A stretch of DNA of 63,213 nt, counting the filler, from Reticulomyxa filosa (Eukaryota; Protista; Foraminifera): the NCBI GenBank assembly GCA_000512085.1. It is 22 parts of 22 records of this genome, joined end to end, with 100 filler letters (N's around TTAATTAATTAA, not from the genome) between each part and the next. Parts side by side here need not be neighbours in the genome. Positions count along the whole stretch, not along the records: positions 52,353 to 54,239 come from ASPP01012547.1; positions 54,340 to 55,869 come from ASPP01009166.1; positions 55,970 to 60,036 come from ASPP01010632.1; positions 60,137 to 61,136 come from ASPP01045610.1; positions 61,237 to 63,213 come from ASPP01026277.1; 17 more parts are not named here. The stretch is one strand, 5' to 3'. The position numbers and the translations under genes were made by a program. The notes under the pieces were generated by a model. The model made no database searches, was not told the DNA's origin, and was given only the letters and a program-made list of their open reading frames with translations. Shown here in pieces: positions 54,205 to 63,213 of this stretch; the first letter of the stretch is position 1; each line of letters starts with the position of its first letter.

Positions 54205-54239
54205 GATGATGATAATAATGGTGACAAGAATGATACTGA
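52405..54239 (+). CDS. Integrator subunit 6 (INTS6)-like protein, internal exons
   Basis: FPPRPCHPRI, YWMYVYDS....MGKPFG, LYCYDFP, WEKSMREYVRHVPQYYLPSLR and RVPIA parallel INTS6 (LPPRTSHP; WQVYVSNS..LGHPFG; PYNYP; WRQSFESYLKTMPPYYLGPLK; SVPIA). Confidence 0.7.
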
Positions 54240-54399
54240 NNNNNNNNNNNNNNNNNNNNNNNNNNNNNNNNNNNNNNNNNNNNTTAATTAATTAANNNNN
54301 NNNNNNNNNNNNNNNNNNNNNNNNNNNNNNNNNNNNNNNTTTTTTTTAATATATGTATAAAAATACGTATACAAAAGATAAAACAAAAAAAGTTGGAGA

Positions 54400-55275
54400 T
54401 ACACGTAACAAACCTAAAGCAAGTGCGGAGACAAAGGTCAAACGGACGAGCACGTTCATCAGGTTGTCATTCGTTCCTTGGATACCGGTGGAGGCGTTGG
54501 AGACGATTTGGAAAAGCCCTCGATGGAGCAGCACGGTGACAGCCACGCTGTTGATAACCACTAGCGTACAGAGTCCTGTAAAACATGGCCACAACATCCA
54601 AAGTGGTCCAAAGGCTTCCAAATACGACACGCAAAGTGCGACGAACAAAATGAGAATAATATTTGCACGCACTAGTGCGTATACCAAAGCACTGTATTGG
54701 TACGACGTATCTGCCAAAGACACTCTCATTCGTTCCACAAATGTGAGTTGCATAAAAAACAAAGAAAATGCAAACAACAAGTCCGTGACCAAGATCTCTA
54801 CTTTGTCTCCTCGGTCGCTGTGCTCTTGTGCCAGCCAATAGATCCAGTTCACTGATGATACAAACTCTTTCATCATGATCAGCGTACATGACAATATCAC
54901 CAATTGTACGATTGACACACAGCCCAATAACTTCTGCGGCTGCTCTTCGCGCTTTTCCATCGTCGACGCTCTGGGTAGGTGTGAACTCGCTGTTCGGCTG
55001 CCAATTACCGACGAAACCTGTCGACTGAAACTCCTCGATATACTAAACCTCTCCAGACCTCCGTACAACGACCACACTTTACGGCACATATTCACCCAAA
55101 TGACGATAATCCCAGCGAAACATAACAGTTGAATAGAACAACCAATCCAATCTCGTGGTGGACTTGTGAACATTTTGTTGTTGTTTGACGGGTTGTTTTT
55201 TTTTGTGGTTTGTGTTGTTACACGTCTGAAGTAGTTCCCTTTAGCAGAAGAGAAACTTTTTGTAAGTTTTCTCAT
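54400..55275 (-). CDS. Multi-pass (GPCR-like) membrane protein, 3' partial
   Basis: At least six hydrophobic helices, an ERMRVSL..T.YQYS motif after helix 3, and no internal stop over ~290 codons. Confidence 0.6.
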
Positions 55276-55570
55276 CAACTCGTCAATAAAACATCTTGAA
55301 AAACAATTTGTATCAATTTTTTTTTTTCAATCCAATATTCATTTATCGCAAAAGGGTATTGCAATAAAAAAACGTGGGAACATAAGGACACATCTCTTAT
55401 TACACTTTACTCCGACCAATACACCAAAAAAAAAAAGAAACAAAAAACAAGATGGTCCTAATATCCCAGTGATGATATAACAGCTTTGAGAAAAAAAAAA
55501 AAAAAAATCACAAAACAAAAGCAAGTTTAATATTTCGTCTACAAACATTGTTTTACAAATTGGCAGGAGT

Positions 55571-55797
55571 TTAGTCCGAAGCGATAGGACTTCCACAGAG
55601 ATTGCAATTTCCATTTTGACCGTCGGCAGGCACAGGGGAGGCAGAGCCTTTTCCGCCGTCGTGGGTGGTTCCACACACAGGACAGGCGATTGTGCTCATC
55701 TGTCGTTTGAATCCGTACTTTTTGCTTCGCAACAACTCCACCACCTCGATATGCCAATGCTTGGCTCCAAACATGACGTGTACGAAATCGCTGTCAC
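55571..55797 (-). CDS. Last exon of a protein with an ankyrin-like segment and C-terminal CxxC...CxxC zinc ribbon
   Basis: VMFGAKHWHIEVVELL (ankyrin-like) followed by CPVCG...CNLCGS*. Confidence 0.35.
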
Positions 55798-55969
55798 CTG
55801 CAAAGGATTTTTTTTTTTTTTTTAAATAGGTTATTTCAACATCAAAGAATATTACAATAACGTATCTACNNNNNNNNNNNNNNNNNNNNNNNNNNNNNNN
55901 NNNNNNNNNNNNNTTAATTAATTAANNNNNNNNNNNNNNNNNNNNNNNNNNNNNNNNNNNNNNNNNNNN

Positions 55970-56343
55970 GATTTACTCTTTGCCAATTCCTCAAAAAATC
56001 TTAATTTCCATGTAAATGTGTTTGTCATTGTTTGATTCAGATCGTTTTGAAATGTAGTGTACGTTGCATTTTCTCCGTTCAAACGTCTGATCATTGTGTC
56101 CAATTCTTGTGTCAACTTGTTAAATTTAGCAAAGTCATTACTTACATTTTTCAAAAAGGGCTTCTTGAATTTGTCGTTCAACCTTACTGCATTCGTTAAG
56201 CCTTCGTAAGCCATTCTTGTATTGTCGTCGACAACCGGAGGCACGCTGATCTGTATCATTACAGCAGCATCCACAACGCTTTCATGTCTTGGCTCCTCAA
56301 TTTGTGCACCTGCCCCTAGTTGTAAGAGGTACTCGCTGTTCAT
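55970..56343 (-). CDS. Hypothetical protein N-terminal fragment
   Basis: Open frame MNSEYLLQ... running to the contig end, divergent from RPL39. Confidence 0.4.
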
Positions 56344-56905
56344 CAGCTTCAACTAACTTCTTACAGAAGGGAAGAGGAAAACGGATTGAAATGTTCAAAA
56401 GTTTTTTAAAAATAACCAACCTTAAAAACGAAATGTTTGTACTGTGTAAATAAACTAACACAATATTATCATTATAAACAATTTTGGAAAATTGAAATCA
56501 ACCTTAACTTTTTTATTCAGTTTTTAAAGACTCATACTTTTGTTTTTTGGATAAAATGTTTAAATTTGATTTGTTTATTTATTTTTCTCGTTGCATTGTT
56601 GTCCGAATCATTCCATTTAAATTAACATAGGACACTTTTACACATTTATTAAAAGAGCCAAAAAAATTTGGCTACTCTTTCCAGTCTCATTTTGTGAAAG
56701 TTCAACAACACTGTTATTTTTTTGTTTGGAGCAAATGCACATAGTTTTAATAAAGCTGTTTAGTCTTTATAGTTGCTAAAAAAAGCTTTTAAAAAAAAAC
56801 CTCTTTTTTATCTAATAATTAATCCTACGAAAAAAACAAACCCTTGTTGCAATCAAATTCAAGGACTTTTGTTTGACAGATATTATCTCAAAGAAATTGT
56901 AAAGA

Positions 56906-57231
56906 ATGGTAAGTAACTTTTCTCATTAAATGAAAAAAAAACTTGTAGACGTGTGTACTGTGAAAAACAACTAACAGCCGTCCCACAAGATTTTGAGAAC
57001 CAAATTAAGAATGGCCAAAAAAAGAAGACAAAATAGACCTATTCCACAATGGATTAGATTAAGAACAGGAAACACAGTCAGGTAATTTTTTTAAATATGA
57101 TACATTGCCAAAAAAAATTATAACATGCGCAAATGCGTCACTAAATACACCTTATGTTGCTTTGATAAAATTTTGTAAATAGATACAACGCCAAGCGTCG
57201 TCACTGGAGACGAACCAAACTTAGAATTTAA
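56906..57231 (+). CDS. RPL39: 60S ribosomal protein eL39; exons 56906-56908, 56978-57081, 57183-57231
   Basis: Spliced product [51 protein letters not shown] (51 aa) with GT-AG introns. Absent from the ORF track. Confidence 0.97.
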
Positions 57232-57861
57232 AGGACAACCTTTCTTGCTTATTATCCAAGTATTAAAAAAAAGAACAACCAACAAGCTTTGCAATTTGCC
57301 TTCGTGTTTGATGATTCCTGTGTCCATTTGATTTTGATGATTTATGAACAAACTTGGTTCACATTGAAATTACCTTTAAACAAAAATAGTTGTGAATAAT
57401 TTGTTCAAAGCTCGTAAAACACTTGCAAATTTCTTGTTTGTTTTTCAAAGCTCCATCTCTACTTTCGCAATATGTACAATTACCAAAATTTTTTTGGAAA
57501 ATCGATCGGATTTTAGTTAAAATCGAGAAATGAAACACTTAATTGCGATGAAAAAGTTATTAGCTTTGGATCCACTTTTTGGAATTAGTCGCATTGCAAT
57601 AGTGCAATATCTTTGCCATATTTGCAATTTAACTACTTTTAATGAGCGCAATAAAAGTCAGCAATCCATAAGAGTTCAAAAGATTGATGATGGAAAGAAG
57701 AAGCGGTGGAGAAAGTTAAAACAAGTGTTTTTGCTTGTTTTTTAAAAAGAAGAAAAAGGCCAAAGCCAAATGAATTTTCTATGTTTGGAGCATCAGTATT
57801 TGAACTATTTTTAAAATTAACACAAGGAAAATTTACATCTAAAGACGAGCAAAAACAGCCA

Positions 57862-60000
57862 ATGGCTGAATCAGGAACGAATACAACGCAGTATACTACG
57901 AAGCGCATCTCGCAATCACAGTCACAAGCACAATCGCAGGCACAAACACAGACACAATCACCAATACAAACAGAGAATATCCAAGGGTTGGACGAAAGCT
58001 TGGAAGAAGAAGAAGAGGAAACGAAGGCAACACCTCATAACGTTCGCAGACAATCCAGAGCGACAATTCGCAACGTGGACACGCCTGATTCATTGCGTGG
58101 CAACCAAACGCCACAAAGCCTGTGGGGCAGTAAATTTGGCAATGATGGCAAACAAGGCCCGAAGAGAGTGTCCGACCTCAACGAAGCTTTATCTCAAATA
58201 CACATGATTATCAGCGGAGAACAAGAAAGGGGGGCTAAACCATACCAAGAAGACAGCACGTGTATTTTTTACTCTCCCGATCTGTCTGTTATTATGGGGG
58301 CTATTTTTGATGGGCACGGCGGTCTGAATGGTCAAATTGCCTCTTCACGAGCTGCCAAAATGACACATGATTACTTTGAAAATGTTTAGAACCTTTTTTT
58401 TTTTGTTTTACGTATACATTTTTCAAAAAACAATTTCTTTGCCAGAAGGAATTTTTTTGTTACAATTCTCCTGTGTATCCTTTATGTATATATTGAATGA
58501 AAAGAGTTCAGTTGTAAAAAGGGAACGAGGAGGGGACCACTATTTGTTTTGACACTTTATTTAAAAAAATGGCTTGTCTTTTTCGAAACATTTCTGTGCC
58601 ATAGTAACTTATAACTTTCAATTTTTTTTTTTTTTTAAATCCTTCAATTGCCTTAGTTCATTTGTTGATCCCCTTTTGAATTTTTTTTAAAAAAAAAACA
58701 TATATGTATATGTGCGTACACATTATGAATCATTGCTGAATGTAATATAATTAGAACTGGGAAAAAATTCGGACGTGGACTGAGGAGCAATGGCGGAAAG
58801 AAATGACAAGCTGGTTTGACGAATTGCACAAGAATGTTAGAGAAGGACTTGTTGAAGTTAGGTTTGTTTGTTTTTTTTTTGTGCTTGTTGGATGTGTCAT
58901 TTGCAAATGTTTGGTTCACGAATTTAAAACACACACAACATAACATAACATGCACCACGTAACAAGATTGAAAGATCTCGTCGAAAAAGCTGTCGTCAAA
59001 GTGAAGACAATATAGTCGATAACAAAGGAGTAATTCGCAAACCATCGGGTCAGCCGATCCACGGCGGAAGTACAGGTTCCTTTTCTCTTCTTATAATGCT
59101 TTGTGCTCCTCCCCTCTCTCTCCTTCATATCCTCTTTTATCCTCTTCTTCTCTTCTCCTCTTTTTCTTTGCTGTTGATTTCAAAAGAAACATATACACAC
59201 AACGTACCCGCACTTGCAATGGATAGCTACGATATTCACGGCAGTTCGATTGCCAACAAACAAATGGAAGCTGGTTTGTGCCAATGTCGGAGATTCTGAC
59301 TGTTTGTTGTTGGCCAGAAAACCTTCAAGGCTTTCCAATAATCAAATATGCACACATTTGTCTGTGGTATGTTTACATCATCTTTGACAACAACAAAAAC
59401 CAAAGAAATGGGGAAGGGGCGAGGGGGGGAGAGGAAAAAAAAAAAGGGAGGAACAACCTTATTTTTTTTTTTGGCAAGAGGGTAAGTTTTTTTAAAAAAT
59501 TTCGATTTTGCGCGTGTAAAAAGTGCCTAAATTTTCATTCAAAAAAATACACAAAAAAAAAAAAAAAAATTGTTATTTTGTTGTTTGGATATTTGAGAAA
59601 TGAAACTAACTATAAAATGAACAGGATCACAGTCCAGATAGTTCGTTGGAATACTTGCGCATAAAAGCGCTACCAGCGAATGACTACCCGCTAAAGCTGT
59701 TGTTTGTGTACGATCAGGCAAATATGACCCGAAAGTACGACTGTCCATTGGTGTTTTTGGAGGATGGTACAAAAGATCCCAAATATGTGAAAAATCCTTG
59801 GGGATATAACCTTCGTCCGACAAATGTGCGATATGATCCAGCGGCCTATGCAGTGTCTCCATTTGGGGTGACTAATGATGTCACTTGTATTGCAATGACA
59901 CGTTCCTTGGGAGACTTTTATGCTCATCAATTCGGCTTGTCTCATCATCCAGATCTCACCTTTTATGATTTCGATTGCAATGATGAATGTATATAATGAC
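57862..60000 (+). CDS. PP2C/PPM-type protein phosphatase, multi-exon (3' partial)
   Basis: RGAKPYQED, GAIFDGHGG..G, LVCANVGDSD (59270-59300) and IAMTRSLGDF are the PP2C motifs, in order. Confidence 0.9.
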
Positions 60001-60229
60001 GTATAGCACATATTTATATACATAATATATATATATNNNNNNNNNNNNNNNNNNNNNNNNNNNNNNNNNNNNNNNNNNNNTTAATTAATTAANNNNNNNN
60101 NNNNNNNNNNNNNNNNNNNNNNNNNNNNNNNNNNNNTTGTAATATCATTGAAGTGACCAATATGTCACTAATACATTTGTATATACTTTGCATCTTTTTT
60201 TTCATCTTTCCTTAATATACTCGTTTTCT

Positions 60230-60680
60230 CAATCTTCTTGTTCTTCTTCACGTTTTTCTTCATATCATTTTGTTCTGTTTCTTCTTTTCCTGCATTTTCT
60301 TCTTCTTCTCGTTCTTCTTTTTCTTCTTGTTCTTGTTCTTCATTTCCTTCGTGTCCTTCTTCTTCTTTTTGTTCTTGTCTTGTTCTTTTTCTTTATGTCC
60401 TTATTCTTCCGCTTCTTCTCCTGCTCCTTCTTGTTCTTGTTCTTCTGCTCCTTTTTTTTCTTATTCTTCTTCTTGTTATCTTCTTATTTTTTTTTTTCTT
60501 TCATTATTACTTTTTCATTTTTTTTCTTTTTTCAATATTCTTTGTTCTATTTTCTTTTTTTTTTCTATTTCTTTTTTTTTTCCTTTTTTCTATATTCTTT
60601 TTCTTTTTCCTTTTTTCTTTTTTATTATACGCTTTTTTTTTTCTTCCCCTTTTTAATAATTTTTCAACCTTTTTTTTTCA
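60230..60680. repeat. Pyrimidine-rich low-complexity tract
   Basis: Nearly all T/C; the long F/L/S-rich ORFs here are compositional artefacts. Confidence 0.7.
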
Positions 60681-62391
60681 AACTTATGTATTTTTTATTA
60701 TTTTTCCCAAATCCACTTCAAGAGAGCAAACACAATCAAACTTTTTTGTAACATATATATATCCACACAAACAAAGTTATATTTTATACTTTTTTAAGGA
60801 CAACAAAAAGATATATTTAACTGTGACTAGCGGACCACGATTTCGAGTTTCCTTTTTTCATGTGATAAATCTTCAAACTTTTTTTAAGGGAGATGTATAA
60901 ACAAAGATATGTACATATATTTTTTTTTTTTTGAAGGGGAATTCCTGCTTCTATATCTTCACAAACACAAACACAGCCACATTATTTAATAAAAGTATAT
61001 ATAAATGTAAGTATATAATCATACTTTTTTTACTCCTTTCGGAGACGGGGTGGATTTCAACCCCGATTTTCTTTTTCATTTTTTTTTGTGGAAATAGGGA
61101 CCATGGAACAATCTTTACCAGCGGGGAAACCTATAANNNNNNNNNNNNNNNNNNNNNNNNNNNNNNNNNNNNNNNNNNNNTTAATTAATTAANNNNNNNN
61201 NNNNNNNNNNNNNNNNNNNNNNNNNNNNNNNNNNNNTATTTATTGTGCATACTATTGCAGACTTATTTCAGTTTGTTGTTTCAAAATCATTGCACAAATA
61301 TTCAATCAGTTATTTATTTAAAAAAAAGATAGTGCTGTAATCTATAACCAAACCCTATGCCCTGATTACTTGACTAGTAGTTGTGTTAAGACTCAATTAG
61401 TCCCACCAATTACATATAGTAAATCGCCAGCTATATTTAACCTTAAGTTGAGTTTAACCTTTTGTTATATCATTGACCATCATTTTCAATATATAAACAA
61501 TCATACGTTACCTTGGACCAGATGAGTGCATTATGCAAAACCTGTCTAGGAAAGGACCAACATAAAGTTGACCGACATTTACGATGCTAGGACTTATTAT
61601 GATTACTAGTTGATAATATATTAGTTTTATTTTAATAGATATACTAACAATATACTAACATTAATTTAATTAAATGTTAATGTACTTTTTATTTTTCTTT
61701 ATTAATATTAAGTTGTTGAAAGTATTGATTGAGGACAGTATGATAACAGATTGTATGCACTGTGAGTAGAAAAAGAAGATAATTTGCTTTTTTTTTTTTA
61801 GAGACTTTGCTGGTTCATCACATATTTCATGATAGACATAAAAAAAAAAAAATTCTTTATGTTATGTTGAAAAAGAAAACGAAAACTGATTCCAAATTAA
61901 GTCTTTTTATTTATTCATATTTCATATAAACTTTTGTTAGAACATGCTTGATGATTGAATAGTGTTTGTAATTTTTCAAGAAAAATTAAACATTTTGATA
62001 TTTACTTTAATAATTGATCAACAGAAAAAAAAATTTTTATTCTGAATTAAAATCTCTTCTATTTCTAAACATGATATAGATTGGTAGAAGTTAAATGAAA
62101 GTATCATATTTTGATATACACTTAGACAATTTTTAAAAAATACTGCCAAGATTCTAATTTATTGACAAAACTAATGCCCATCAAAGAAAAATATTCTTAA
62201 GTTATACACAAGCGTACATTCTCAAAATACTCAATTTAATACTATGGTCCATTCTATTGAGATATTAAGCACATTCAAGAGATAACAGTGTTGTTTTCAT
62301 CAGCCACGAAATTTAACAATGTATTTTGAACTTTGCAGAACTTTTTTGTTTTGTTTGGTTTTACTATTCTTTCAAGCTCCATATTCCAAAC

Positions 62392-63195
62392 ATGGTTAAA
62401 ATCTTTACAAACAAACACATTTTCAAATTCCCATGGGAAAGGTGAGTGATCAAAGGACATTTTAAGTGCAAATCCTAACAAGAGACAAAAAAAAAATAGT
62501 GTCACAAATGTTTGGTGGCAAAAGTATCCGAACCCGCACTCGTTGCACGTTGATACTGTTGATACAATTGATCGTTCTTTAGACCCTAATACTGGAGAGT
62601 TGACCACGCGTAGATTAATAGCAGCTTCTTTGGTACCTCCTTCATGGATGCAAGGTCTAGGATTTGTTTCTTATTGTTATGTTTTGGAAGAAGCTCGTGT
62701 GAATCCAAGAACAAAAGAAATGATATTGAAATCTGTCAATGTTACTGGTAATTCTTTATTACAAATACAAGAAACATGTCGATATACACCGTGCGAGCAA
62801 AATACTTCTGAATGGTAAGTTTTATTTATAATATTTTTTATTAAAAGAAAGAATAATAGATCCAAAAAACTCTTTCTTTTTTTGCACCGAAAGTGCTGGA
62901 AATTTCCAAACAACAAAAAAAGGGACGAACATTAAATTTTTTTTTGAATAGGACAAATTATGAGCAAACAGCTGAAATAACATGTGGAGTTCCTTTTTTC
63001 AGCAATCCTATCGAGTGCTTCAGTTTCGGCGTTCATTCATCGAACGCCCTTAAAGGATTGGTCGCTATGGAAGAGCTATGTGAAAAATGGGCTAAAGAAG
63101 GAATGGAGGGGTTTCAGAAAAGACTTATCACTAGACTGGACACCGTCCTGCTACTTGAAAATATGAACGAAATGCGAAAGCAGCTCAACCTGTAA
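62392..63195 (+). CDS. PRELI/MSF1 mitochondrial lipid-transfer protein (Ups/PRELID family); exons 62392-62441, 62500-62814, 62952-63195
   Basis: Spliced MVKIFTNKHIFKFPWESVTNVWWQKYPNPHSLHVDTVDTIDRSLD..GELTTRRLI...NALKGLVAME, with phase-consistent GT-AG introns. Confidence 0.93.
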
Positions 63196-63213
63196 TTTCT
63201 TCGCATGTTGTTG

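Noticed and set aside
60188-60900. Three long Phe/Leu-rich 'membrane protein' ORFs
   Set aside because: Artefacts of a T/C-rich low-complexity tract that lacks stop codons.

Overview
This window is not one locus. It is 22 short contigs joined by 21 identical artificial 100-nt linkers (44 N + TTAATTAATTAA + 44 N), so adjacency across linkers has no biological meaning. Twenty-one contigs are AT-rich, intron-containing protist DNA. Their expanded WD40 and Kelch-WD40 families, pseudogenes and microsatellite-rich introns resemble the foraminiferan Reticulomyxa filosa (inference from family recall, not a search). Recognisable eukaryotic genes include two PEX5-family TPR receptors, a cullin, an SLC12 transporter, a sterol delta-14 reductase, a Mip-type FKBP, a GNAT acetyltransferase, an RluA-type pseudouridine synthase, SEL1L-like, INTS6-like, RPL39 (missed by the ORF track), a PP2C and a PRELI protein. 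There are also decayed LINE fragments. One contig (14532-16871) is GC-rich bacterial DNA of Neisseriales/Chromobacteriaceae type: gltB-gltD, a terminator, a sigma32 promoter, a perfect CIRCE and groES. The most interesting unexplained signals are: (i) a 9-mer GCGGCCAAC present 7 times in the 2.3-kb bacterial contig, distributed like a DNA-uptake sequence; (ii) a short fully palindromic element found on two contigs with compensatory stem changes, one copy truncating a WD40 gene; (iii) a divergent intronless PEX5 paralog with an altered PTS1 pocket; (iv) introns with GTT donors, T-rich 5' halves and A-rich 3' ends.
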